From the sequence record OP292222.1: a stretch of 64,000 bases of DNA; one strand, given 5' to 3'. Position 1 is the stretch's first letter; the number at the start of each line of letters is the position of its first letter. The translations under genes were made by a program, and so were the position numbers. Of the stretch, positions 1-8,663 are shown in pieces. The notes below the pieces were generated by a model. That model saw only the letters and a program-made list of their open reading frames with translations, did not search any database and was not told where the DNA came from. Origin of the DNA: Escherichia phage Esco_phi_B-01.

Positions 1-183
1 CGGAAGTTTACGGTTATAATCTAGAAGACGAATTCTCCCATCCCATTGCCCGTAACGGTATTTAGGGTTAAATTTATATCCATCAGCTTCAAAGCTGAAA
101 TAGTCTCTGAGTTCGTAGAAGGTGGATTCATCACACTCAACACGAACATGACTAAAATTATCAAAATGTACTTGAATTTGCAT
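1..183 (-). CDS. uvsW: UvsW helicase, N-terminal 61 codons only (gene runs off window start)
   Basis: Minus-strand translation from ATG at 183 reads MQIQVHFDNFSHVRVECDESTFYELRDYFSFEADGYKFNPKYRYGQWDGRIRLLDYNRKLP, closely matching recalled T4 UvsW N-terminus. Confidence 0.8.
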   Translation of the reverse strand, partial: MQIQVHFDNFSHVRVECDESTFYELRDYFSFEADGYKFNPKYRYGQWDGRIRLLDYNRKLP

Positions 184-197
184 GTCTAATTCTCAGT

Positions 198-205
198 TAT
201 AAATA
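198..205 (+). promoter_or_regulatory. T4-type late promoter TATAAATA upstream of inh-like/hoc
   Basis: Exact TATAAATA 34 nt upstream of ATG 239; a minus-strand TATAAATA at 223-230 faces uvsW. Confidence 0.4.
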
Positions 206-238
206 TAATTATATTTATACACCAACAAGAGACTAATT

Positions 239-910
239 ATGGATACTCAATATATTGAAGAGCTTCGTGCACTCGAAGATAAAAAAGAAGCTAAAGCTAA
301 GTTAATCGAATACGGCGAACAATTCGGTTTAAAACTTAAGAAAACCCGTTCGTTTGATAATTTGATTATCGATATCTCTGAAGGCCTTAAAGCCTTGGCT
401 GATGAACCACTTCCAGAAACCGAAGGTTTGTCTATTTCCGATTTGATTGATGCTGCTGACGAACTCACAGGTGCTAATGAATTTGTTGATGGCGCGGAAC
501 CTGCCAAAGAAGAGGCTACCCTATTATTTGATGCCCCTGAAGCGGTAGTTGAAGTTATTGAGGTAGCCGAACTTCCTAAGGTAGAGATTATTGAAGAAGA
601 CGTCCCGTTTGTCGAAGAGAAATTCAAAGAGGCTGTAACCAAGGTTATTGAATCGGAAAAACCTGTATTCTCTTTGCCTGAAAACTTTAGCCCTAATCTT
701 TTACTCATTGGTAAAAACCCAGGGTATTGTACTGTGCCTTGGTGGATTTATCAATGGATTACCGAAACCCCTGATTGGAAAGAGCGTCCTAAAGATTTCC
801 AACACCCATCTGCCCACCAAACACTATTCAGTCTGATTTATTACATTAATCGTAATGGTTCAGTATTAGTACGTGAAACGCGTAATTCATCTTTCGTAAC
901 TTTAAAATAA
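239..910 (+). CDS. Acidic head-associated protein, candidate Inh (prohead protease inhibitor) by position and size
   Basis: 223 aa, Glu/Asp-rich, between uvsW and hoc as T4 inh (226 aa); sequence not recalled independently. Confidence 0.5.
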   Translation: MDTQYIEELRALEDKKEAKAKLIEYGEQFGLKLKKTRSFDNLIIDISEGLKALADEPLPETEGLSISDLIDAADELTGANEFVDGAEPAKEEATLLFDAPEAVVEVIEVAELPKVEIIEEDVPFVEEKFKEAVTKVIESEKPVFSLPENFSPNLLLIGKNPGYCTVPWWIYQWITETPDWKERPKDFQHPSAHQTLFSLIYYINRNGSVLVRETRNSSFVTLK

Positions 911-919
911 GGGTAAAAT

Positions 920-2329
920 ATGGCTTTTACTGTAAGTATAGCCGGCGCTGCGTCTATTAAAATAGGCGAAAGCGCCAACTACACTGCTACCGCAACAGGT
1001 GCAGCTGTAGAAGGAACCGTTACATATGTATGGACCATTGACGGTGCTTCTAATCCGGAGGCAACCAATGTTTTGAAATATACCGGTGTGGCTCCAGCTG
1101 GTAAGAAAGTTTTAAAAGTAGTAGCAACTTCTACTCCAGCCGAAGGCGAACCTGAGGTAGCTGAAAAAACTTTTGAAGTTACCGTAGCTAATAAGACCAT
1201 TGGGGCTCTTTCTTTGACCTTAGACCCTACTTCTGTTTCTAAAGAAATTGGTCAATCCCAAGTTGTTACTGCTAACGTATCGGGTGTCCCTGCTGGCGCT
1301 ACAATTACTTATGTTTGGAAACGTAATACAACTGTAATTTCAGGTCAAACTGGTAAAACTATTACCATAACCGAAGCAGCGGCAGCGAATTACACTTTGA
1401 ACTGTGAAGTTACTGTTACCGCCCCTGAATATGACCCGGCTACAGCTACTAAAGGTATTGCGGTAACTTTTGTTAAGAAAACTATATCAGGCGCTTCCGT
1501 TACTTTAACACCGGCCTCAATTAGTACAGAGAAAGGCTCATCTGCACAGTTTAAAGCGGATGTAGTTGGCGCTCCTTCCGGCGTAAATGCAACTTATTCT
1601 TGGAAGAAAAATGGTTCTATTATTCCGGGCGAAAGCAGTAATACCCTTGCTGTCGATACATCTACAGTAGGTTCTTACACTATTGAAGTTTCGGTAGTCC
1701 TAAAAGGTGCGGATTATAATGATTTAACCGTTACCAAAACCGGAAGTGTAACAATTACTAAAAAGACCATGACAGGTGTTTCTGTTACTTTAGCGCCGGC
1801 CTCTATTAATACTCCGGAAGGAACTCCAGCTTCTTTTAAAGCTACCGTAGCTGGCGCCCCTGCTGGTGCTACTTTTGCATATTCTTGGAAGAAAGATGGT
1901 TCGCCAGTCGCCGGTACCACAGATACTTTAGTAGTCGATACAAGTGCTGAAGGTTCACAGGTTATTGAAGTTTCTGTTGTGGTTTCGGCTACCGACTATA
2001 ATCCTGTGACTGTCAAAAAATCTGGTAATGTAACAATTACGCCTAAAGTCGCTCCTGAACCTGAAGGCGAACTACCTTACGTCCACCCGCTGCCGGTTCG
2101 TAATTCAGCGTATATTTGGGCCGGTTGGTGGGTTATGGATGAAATCCAGAAAATGACACTTGAAGGTAAAGATTGGAAAACTGATGACCCTGATAGCAAT
2201 TATTATCTCCATCGCTATACTCTTCAAAAAATGGTTGCCGATTATCCAGAGGTTGATGTACAAGAATCACGAAATGGAAGAATTATCCATCGTTCGGCTC
2301 TTGACACAGGTATAATTTATTTTTACTAA
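920..2329 (+). CDS. hoc: Hoc outer capsid decoration protein, four Ig-like repeats plus C-terminal capsid-binding domain
   Basis: 469 aa; four repeats of pattern TY.WK..G....G...TL.V.....G.Y..EV.V; C-terminal WAGWWVMDEIQ...YPEVDVQESRNG. Confidence 0.8.
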   Translation: MAFTVSIAGAASIKIGESANYTATATGAAVEGTVTYVWTIDGASNPEATNVLKYTGVAPAGKKVLKVVATSTPAEGEPEVAEKTFEVTVANKTIGALSLTLDPTSVSKEIGQSQVVTANVSGVPAGATITYVWKRNTTVISGQTGKTITITEAAAANYTLNCEVTVTAPEYDPATATKGIAVTFVKKTISGASVTLTPASISTEKGSSAQFKADVVGAPSGVNATYSWKKNGSIIPGESSNTLAVDTSTVGSYTIEVSVVLKGADYNDLTVTKTGSVTITKKTMTGVSVTLAPASINTPEGTPASFKATVAGAPAGATFAYSWKKDGSPVAGTTDTLVVDTSAEGSQVIEVSVVVSATDYNPVTVKKSGNVTITPKVAPEPEGELPYVHPLPVRNSAYIWAGWWVMDEIQKMTLEGKDWKTDDPDSNYYLHRYTLQKMVADYPEVDVQESRNGRIIHRSALDTGIIYFY

Positions 2330-2343
2330 TTTTGGCTAAATAA

Positions 2344-2372
2344 AAACGGGAGAGCGAAAGCTCTCCCGTTTT
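2344..2372. terminator. Bidirectional hairpin terminator between convergent hoc and hoc-like gene
   Basis: cgggagagc-gaaa-gctctcccg stem-loop flanked by A and T runs. Confidence 0.6.
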
Positions 2373-2373
2373 G

Positions 2374-3234
2374 TTATATGACATTTAATGTCAGGTGCTT
2401 CCTATTCAAAATATACCCATTTCTTGATTCCTGTATTTCTACATCAGGATATCGTGACAAAAGTTCTGCCACTTTTGCGAGCTCACACTTATACCTAAAA
2501 TTGCTATCTTCTATATTGATAGCCCAATCCTGGTTTTTATCAAGGGCACCTTTTATCTCATCCAACACCCACCAGCCTATCCACATGTGGGCCCTATTTC
2601 GGCCACCTGGATAAGACAAATACTGATTTAAATCATGTGAGTATATAAATGGACACACTTCAGGTTCAGGTAAATCACCATCCATAGGCATAATATCTAC
2701 CGTAACTATATCATGATACGGATTATAAGCACCTTCGGCTGTGGCAGAGACATTAAGAGAATATGTCCCATACATAGAAGGCTTTATATCAACATCTAAA
2801 TCCTTTACATTTGAAACCATTTTATCATATTTCCACCATTCACACTCTACTTCGGCCCAGGGTGTGGTACCCATAGAAATTAAAGGTTGTAAAGAAACTT
2901 TTTGACCTATTTCAGCCTTTATGATAGCATCTAAATTTTCTATGGAAATAACTATATCTCTAGGCTCTATCCCGATTTCCAAAACAAAATCTTCGCTTTG
3001 AAAAGTCTCTTGTGTTAGCTTATCAGTGGCTATCGCATAATAAGTCCCTGCTGCAGGAAACCCTACATCCCAAAGATTTAGATACATCGGGTCTTCTTTA
3101 TCTAATAATGGAACGTTTACACCGTTTTTGTACCATTTTATATCGACATCGGTTAAAGATTCAGATAAAACAGCCCTAAGAGTTACCGTTCTCCCAACCA
3201 ATTCATAATGAGGTCCATTTACTTGTATAGACAT
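2374..3234 (-). CDS. Hoc-family paralog: Ig-like N-terminal domains plus Hoc-type C-terminal domain
   Basis: 286 aa; C-terminal HMWIGWWVLDEIK...YPDVEIQESRNGYILNR aligns with Hoc C-terminus in this window; Ig-like motifs IKWYKNG, AGTYYAIATD. Confidence 0.75.
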   Translation of the reverse strand: MSIQVNGPHYELVGRTVTLRAVLSESLTDVDIKWYKNGVNVPLLDKEDPMYLNLWDVGFPAAGTYYAIATDKLTQETFQSEDFVLEIGIEPRDIVISIENLDAIIKAEIGQKVSLQPLISMGTTPWAEVECEWWKYDKMVSNVKDLDVDIKPSMYGTYSLNVSATAEGAYNPYHDIVTVDIMPMDGDLPEPEVCPFIYSHDLNQYLSYPGGRNRAHMWIGWWVLDEIKGALDKNQDWAINIEDSNFRYKCELAKVAELLSRYPDVEIQESRNGYILNRKHLTLNVI

Positions 3235-3245
3235 GCTACCTCCAA

Positions 3246-4253
3246 TTAATAAGGGAAACTAACCATTTTAACCAATATAGGTTTATTAGAATCTACACTG
3301 CGCCCGTGTTGAAATACCGTTATTTCTGAAATTGTTTTAGAACCCCATTCCTTTAAGGTTATATTAATAGGACGTAGCCCGTTATATGCCGCACTTACTA
3401 TAACAAATGAGCCTGTAGGAGACAAAGTCTTAGTTCCGCCACCGGTAGTAACCGTTCCACCCGAAACACTAGGAGCAACAAAGTGATAATCACAATATCG
3501 GGTAGTCCCACCTTTACTTAAAATGCTGTATTCTATTTGGTTGTTAACCAATCTAACTCTAAGAACCGTATTGGCGACCCCAGGTATTTTTATTTCGCCG
3601 TACCCAGCAGCAACGTTGGTATACTTATGGAATGAAAACAAATCTGTACCATCTTTACCAGGTTCGCCTTGAGGACCCTGAGGACCTAGAGGGCCAGTAG
3701 CTCCGTCAAGTCCATCAATCCCATCCACCCCAGGAGGACCTTGAACACCTTGCGGACCCTGCTCACCATCTTTACCCGGGATACCCTGTTCGCCTTGTGC
3801 ACCCTGAGAAGCCAATAAGGCCCAGTAAAGGCTGTTTTCTTCAGCAGGATTATTACCGGTAGAATCCTGAACGCAAAAATAAGAAGCCCCATTGTACCCT
3901 ACTGCATCATCCTTAACATAGGCTGTTGCAGCACTCCATGTTCCTTTCCAATTTAGACCCACAGGGCCTACAGGACCAGCCGGGCCTCTCGGTCCTACAA
4001 TGCTTTCACCTTTAGGGCCAGGGATACCAGGGGATAACATTTCTTCGGATATCCCCAAATGAGCCAGAACTTCAGCTCTTCCGGATTTACTAACCAAGCC
4101 TAAGCCATACGAATTACTCCCTACCAATCTTGCCGGGTTTATAAGACTTTCTTTAGTAAGAATTTTTTCAAAAGGGATAACAGTATCCGATTCCTTTAAA
4201 GCAATACCGGAAAAGGTCCCTCGACCGTCATGACCAAAAATAGAATCTGCCAT
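3246..4253 (-). CDS. Collagen-like repeat protein with embedded CBM5/12-like carbohydrate-binding motif
   Basis: 335 aa; Gly-X-Y runs (GIPGPKGESIVGPRGPAGPVGPVG and about 17 triplets GAQGEQGIPGKDGEQGPQGVQGPPGVDGIDGLDGATGPLGPQGPQGEPGKDG) flanking W..TAY..DAVGYNGASYFCVQ...W; GGAG RBS. Confidence 0.75.
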   Translation of the reverse strand: MADSIFGHDGRGTFSGIALKESDTVIPFEKILTKESLINPARLVGSNSYGLGLVSKSGRAEVLAHLGISEEMLSPGIPGPKGESIVGPRGPAGPVGPVGLNWKGTWSAATAYVKDDAVGYNGASYFCVQDSTGNNPAEENSLYWALLASQGAQGEQGIPGKDGEQGPQGVQGPPGVDGIDGLDGATGPLGPQGPQGEPGKDGTDLFSFHKYTNVAAGYGEIKIPGVANTVLRVRLVNNQIEYSILSKGGTTRYCDYHFVAPSVSGGTVTTGGGTKTLSPTGSFVIVSAAYNGLRPINITLKEWGSKTISEITVFQHGRSVDSNKPILVKMVSFPY

Positions 4254-4292
4254 TTAATACTCCTGTTTACAAGTTAAAAATCCTATGTTAAG

Positions 4293-4535
4293 ATGGCTTT
4301 ACCAAACTCAACAAGAGAATTTGTTATGGATAAGGTTAAAGTACATTTTTTACATGAATCTGGACTTAATTTTATAGAAATTGCTAAAAAATTAGGTGGT
4401 ACTGCTAAAGACATGGCTAAAGCATGGGTTGATGTGGAACAGGCCAAGGCCAAATTTAAGTCAAAAGAGAAAGTAGTATATCGCAAACGTCTAATCAATA
4501 AGGTTCGGCGCAAAGCGCGTTCTAGTTCAAAGTAA
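4293..4535 (+). CDS. Small basic protein, possible helix-turn-helix
   Basis: 80 aa, Lys/Arg-rich C-terminus; weak RBS, start uncertain (alternative ATG 4326). Confidence 0.4.
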   Translation: MALPNSTREFVMDKVKVHFLHESGLNFIEIAKKLGGTAKDMAKAWVDVEQAKAKFKSKEKVVYRKRLINKVRRKARSSSK

Positions 4536-4563
4536 TATGCTTTAAATTTAGGTGTGTTATAAT
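4536..4563 (+). promoter_or_regulatory. Candidate T4 middle promoter (MotA box TGCTTTA plus extended -10 TGTTATAAT) for rnlB
   Basis: ATGCTTTA at 4537-4544, TATAAT at 4558-4563 with TGn, 13 bp apart. Confidence 0.3.
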
Positions 4564-4649
4564 GGGTCTAGGTCCTTCCGTTAAACCATTTGGCTTGGTG
4601 ACAGAAGATTACTAGCTCTTCTATTTAATTATATTTATTATGGTGATTT

Positions 4650-5657
4650 ATGTTCAAGAAATATAGCAGTCTGGAAAACCACTACAACAGTAAGTTTATC
4701 GAAAAACTCCGTACCAATGGTTTGACTGGTGGCGAATGGGTAGCACGTGAGAAGATTCATGGAACCAACTTTAGTTTAATCATAGAACGTGACGCAGTCA
4801 CATGCGCCAAGCGCACGGGTCCAATTCTCCCTGCTGAAGATTTCTATGGTTATGAAATTGTACTTAAGAACTATGCTGATTCTATTAAATCCGTACAAGA
4901 TATTATGGAAACTTCGGCAGCCGTATCTTATCAAGTTTTCGGTGAATTCGCTGGAACAGGCATTCAGAAGAACGTTGATTACGGTGATAAAGATTTTTAT
5001 GTATTTGACATTATTGTTACAACCGAAAGTGGCGATGTGACTTATGTCGACGATTATATGATGGAATCATTTTGTAAGACGTTCAAATTTAAAACGGCGC
5101 CACTTTTAGGTCGTGGTAAATTTGAAGACCTTATTAAATTGCCAAATGATTTGGATTCCGTCCTTCCTGATTATAATTTTACAGTAGATAATGTCGGGCT
5201 AGCCGAAGCTAATGCTCATGTGTGGAATGCTGAAGCAAAAGGCGAAGTATTTACCGCTGAAGGGTACGTATTAAAACCTTGTTATCCACTTTGGCTCCCT
5301 AATGGAAATCGTGTAGCGATTAAATGTAAGAACTCTAAATTCAGCGAGAAGAAAAAGTCTGATAAGCCTATTAAAGTTGCAGTAGTATTATCTCAAGACG
5401 ATTTAGATTTATTACAACAATTCACTGATTATGTGACTGTTAACCGTATTAACAACGTTATCAGTAAGATTGGTGAAGTATCACCTAAAGATTTCGGAAA
5501 GGTAATGGGACTGACGGTCCAAGATATTTTGGAAGAGGCAGCCCGTGAAGAATTAGAATTAACCGATGCAGAAAACCCTGTTGAAGTTAAAAAGCAGCTC
5601 GTTGAGTGTGTAAAAGATACGCTACGGGCCGTGTGGATTGAATTAGTATCCAAATAA
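4650..5657 (+). CDS. rnlB: RNA ligase 2 (Rnl2)
   Basis: 335 aa; near-colinear with recalled T4 Rnl2 ([20 protein letters not shown]..., KIHGTN adenylyltransferase motif I). Confidence 0.9.
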   Translation: MFKKYSSLENHYNSKFIEKLRTNGLTGGEWVAREKIHGTNFSLIIERDAVTCAKRTGPILPAEDFYGYEIVLKNYADSIKSVQDIMETSAAVSYQVFGEFAGTGIQKNVDYGDKDFYVFDIIVTTESGDVTYVDDYMMESFCKTFKFKTAPLLGRGKFEDLIKLPNDLDSVLPDYNFTVDNVGLAEANAHVWNAEAKGEVFTAEGYVLKPCYPLWLPNGNRVAIKCKNSKFSEKKKSDKPIKVAVVLSQDDLDLLQQFTDYVTVNRINNVISKIGEVSPKDFGKVMGLTVQDILEEAAREELELTDAENPVEVKKQLVECVKDTLRAVWIELVSK

Positions 5658-5662
5658 ACAGT

Positions 5663-5692
5663 AAAGGGACCTTACGGTCCCTTTTATTTTTC
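5663..5692. terminator. Bidirectional hairpin terminator between rnlB and gp24 paralog
   Basis: gggacc-ttac-ggtccc then T-run. Confidence 0.6.
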
Positions 5693-6964
5693 TAGTGGTG
5701 GAAGTTTAACACCAAGATAAGAACTCAACTGGCTTTGGTTAGCCATTTTGTCCATATCAGAGCCATCAATAATGCGGGCTTCTTTATCGTCCTTAGCGAC
5801 GGTATAAGGGTTTGCAGTCAATGCATAACGAGCAAGCAATGCTACTGTAGGTTGTAAGCTTTCCGGGTCAACAATAACCTTAAATTCACCTACTGAAGTA
5901 TCACCTTCTTCATCAACCACATCCAAACCTTCCGTATAAGGCGCATAATATAAAGATGCGACCGTCTGTCCTTCACCCATCTGGGCATTTACACCAACAA
6001 TAACATAATCACATGGACTATTCATATCAGCATAAAGAGGCAGACCATTCTTTAATACACCATAGGCCAATTCGTCTTGGTCTTCCTTTTTCTCAACCCA
6101 ACCGGAAGCGGCGAGAATAGCAGCACAACGAGAACTAGCTACTGCATAAGTCCCAGCGAAAGAAGTTTGACGTTGGACGGCAGAGTTCATCTCACACATG
6201 TAATAATATAATGTACGAGCACGGTCCTGGGCGTTATCGTAACGTGGGTTGGTAAGGTCTAATACACCTTTTTCAGAAACACCTTGGACTTTAAAACGAG
6301 AACTCACCGTAATTAATGACTGTAATACATCCTTATTAATTTCTTCTGCCATTTGGATGCCTAGCAGATTTTCAACGAAATTAGGAGCATTAAACCCGTT
6401 TGATTCTAGGTCCTGGGCTAATTCGACTGTCAATGAAGTTTTCAGTTTACGTGATTTAACTTCAGATTGCCATTTATCAATACGGAAGCCTGCTTCAGCA
6501 ATTTCAGGATGGCCTTGTTCGAATTTAGAAGTAATAGCAGCATCCGATACCATACGAATATGTCCGGCTGCCACTGCTTCAGAAATAACTTCACCGAGGT
6601 CGGTTTCTGTGGTTCCAGCGAAAGGAGATGCTTCTAGAACTTTAAACACCACACTTTCAAACTGGAACATATCGCCGGCTGCATAAGCTGTAGACGAATC
6701 GGCAAATTCAGGAATATTTTCACGTTCCGACATACCAATCTGGCCCGCAAATGTAGCACCACCAAGATAAGTCATTTTGTCGTCAGGGTTAAGTACACGA
6801 ACCCCGTACAGAGCAGCAACAGGTTGGCTTGTTTTTTGTTCAGCAACTAGGGCTTTAAAGATTCGTTTATTAGTTGCTTGGGTGTATGAAAGAAGAGCAG
6901 GACGGCCAACCGAGTTGGCAGCCGTCAATGTGGATTCTTTAATTAGGTCTATAATCTTAGACAT
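5684..6964 (-). CDS. Second gp24-family head vertex protein (diverged paralog)
   Basis: 426 aa; gp24/gp23 fold motifs shared with adjacent gp24 (RIDKWQSEVKSRKLKT, ELAQDLESNGF, EINKDVLQSLITVS) but strongly diverged. Confidence 0.85.
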   Translation of the reverse strand: MSKIIDLIKESTLTAANSVGRPALLSYTQATNKRIFKALVAEQKTSQPVAALYGVRVLNPDDKMTYLGGATFAGQIGMSERENIPEFADSSTAYAAGDMFQFESVVFKVLEASPFAGTTETDLGEVISEAVAAGHIRMVSDAAITSKFEQGHPEIAEAGFRIDKWQSEVKSRKLKTSLTVELAQDLESNGFNAPNFVENLLGIQMAEEINKDVLQSLITVSSRFKVQGVSEKGVLDLTNPRYDNAQDRARTLYYYMCEMNSAVQRQTSFAGTYAVASSRCAAILAASGWVEKKEDQDELAYGVLKNGLPLYADMNSPCDYVIVGVNAQMGEGQTVASLYYAPYTEGLDVVDEEGDTSVGEFKVIVDPESLQPTVALLARYALTANPYTVAKDDKEARIIDGSDMDKMANQSQLSSYLGVKLPPLEK

Positions 6965-8247
6965 TAATCAGCCTCGTAAATAATTGCTGGAAGTTTAACA
7001 CCAAGCAGATAAGACATATTACTCTGTCCGGCCATTAAATCCATATTGGTGGCATCGATAACACGAGCTTCTTTATCGTCTTTAGCTACGGTGTACGGGT
7101 TAGCGGACAGTGCATAACGAACCATCAGAGAAATAGAAGGCTGTAATGAATCCGGGTCGACAATAACCTTATAAGCACCAACGTGTTCTGGGTCGTCTAA
7201 ATCCAGGCCTTCTGTATACGGGGCATAGAAAATAGAACCGACAACTTCATTACCGCCATAGTTCTCTTTAACACCTACGATAACATAATCCAATGGGCTG
7301 TTAACGTCACAGAACAATGGTAATCCATTCAACAAATAACCATAGGCAGTTTCTGGGAGCCAATTATTATCTTCAGGTCTATGTTTTAACCAGCCAGAAC
7401 CTGCAAGCATTGCAGCCACACGACTTGAAGCCACAACAAACGTACCGGAATAAGAAGTAGTTTTCTGGATTTCAGAATTCATCTCACAAACAATTTCATA
7501 AAGTTTACGTGCAGATTCTGGAGCACTATCATAAGTCAAATCGATGATGCCATTATCAGATACACCCGTAACTTTATAGCGTTTAGATACGGTTATCAGA
7601 GATTGCAGAACGTCTTTATTAATTTCATCTGCCATTACTGTAGCCAGGAGGTCTTCTAAGAATGCAGGGGCGTCGAAGCCATTTGATTCCATATCCTGGG
7701 CCAATTCTACAGTCAAAGCAGTCTTCAATTTACGGGTCTTAACAGGAGCATTCCATTTATTAACCTGGAATACAGCATCAGAGATTTCTACATTACTCGC
7801 TTCGAATTTAGTGGTATGGGCTGCATCAGGAACCAGACGACATGTTAATGACACCAAACCTTCTTGAAGGGCATCAGCCAATCCTGTAGCGCTAGTGGAT
7901 GCGAGTGGGCTTGCTTGAAGAGCCTTATAAACCACATTCTGATACTTAAAGTAGTCACCCTTGGCAATCGCCTGGGCTTTATCTGTGAGTTCTGGGATAG
8001 TTTCACGGTCTTTAGAACCAACTTCACCACCATAAACAGCACCAGTTTGGAAACTGAATTCATTATCAGGGGTAAGATATTTGACACCGTACAATGCAGC
8101 AATAGGCTGACTAGTACGTTGTTCAGCGATGATATCGCGATAAATTAGTTTAGTGGTAGCACGGGTCAAAGCAACAAGATTAGGGCGACCCAATGAGTTG
8201 CTGGTAGTAGTTGTTGACTCGCGCAGTAATTCGTTAATCTTTGCCAT
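6964..8247 (-). CDS. 24: Head vertex protein gp24
   Basis: 427 aa; MAKINELLRESTTT... matches recalled T4 gp24; stop overlaps start of paralog at 6964. Confidence 0.9.
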   Translation of the reverse strand: MAKINELLRESTTTTSNSLGRPNLVALTRATTKLIYRDIIAEQRTSQPIAALYGVKYLTPDNEFSFQTGAVYGGEVGSKDRETIPELTDKAQAIAKGDYFKYQNVVYKALQASPLASTSATGLADALQEGLVSLTCRLVPDAAHTTKFEASNVEISDAVFQVNKWNAPVKTRKLKTALTVELAQDMESNGFDAPAFLEDLLATVMADEINKDVLQSLITVSKRYKVTGVSDNGIIDLTYDSAPESARKLYEIVCEMNSEIQKTTSYSGTFVVASSRVAAMLAGSGWLKHRPEDNNWLPETAYGYLLNGLPLFCDVNSPLDYVIVGVKENYGGNEVVGSIFYAPYTEGLDLDDPEHVGAYKVIVDPDSLQPSISLMVRYALSANPYTVAKDDKEARVIDATNMDLMAGQSNMSYLLGVKLPAIIYEAD

Positions 8248-8275
8248 TGCGCTTTCCTTATTGAGGGTATATGTT

Positions 8276-8283
8276 TATTTATA
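8276..8283 (-). promoter_or_regulatory. Late promoter TATAAATA (minus) for gene 24
   Basis: Reverse complement of tatttata, about 30 nt upstream of gp24 start. Confidence 0.45.
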
Positions 8284-8288
8284 AAGTT

Positions 8289-8340
8289 GTTTACAGCAAG
8301 GTTCTCACGTGTTACTATAGTCCTATCAAAACACGAGGAG
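8289..8340 (+). promoter_or_regulatory. Early promoter with stem-loop (PeSL-like) driving the 88-aa ORF
   Basis: GTTTAC, 18-bp spacer, TACTAT, then conserved AGTCCTATCAAAAC. Confidence 0.5.
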
Positions 8341-8347
8341 ATTAAAA

Positions 8348-8614
8348 ATGAACAAATTAAACTTTATCCGTACCACGCTTTCTAACCTTGACAAAGACAT
8401 CAAAGCTCTGGTAGAAAAATTTGGTACCAATCCTAACGGTAATGCAGTTAATGCATTGGTTAAGAAATACGAAGCTCTGGCTTATGAAACCGACTTCTGG
8501 TGGAACGGCGAATACTCTACCCATACCAAAGACAAATATGGTAACTGGCTGAAAATCCAAGAAAATCGTATTGACTTCCGTGATATCATCAACCGTCGAG
8601 TTAAGATTGCATAG
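8348..8614 (+). CDS. Hypothetical protein at the position occupied by segD in T4
   Basis: 88 aa; GGAG RBS; own promoter and downstream terminator. Confidence 0.5.
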   Translation: MNKLNFIRTTLSNLDKDIKALVEKFGTNPNGNAVNALVKKYEALAYETDFWWNGEYSTHTKDKYGNWLKIQENRIDFRDIINRRVKIA

Positions 8615-8629
8615 TACAGAAACAAGAAT

Positions 8630-8647
8630 GGGAGACCGAAGTCTCCC
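8630..8647. terminator. Hairpin terminator (tetraloop) shared by gp23 and the 88-aa ORF
   Basis: gggagac-cgaa-gtctccc. Confidence 0.6.
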
Positions 8648-8663
8648 ATAATAAGGTTAGGTA

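Noticed and set aside
8250-8660. Looked for a homing endonuclease (segD-like GIY-YIG) between genes 23 and 24, and for segE near uvsW
   Set aside because: No GIY-YIG or HNH motifs found in any frame; the locus carries only an 88-aa ORF
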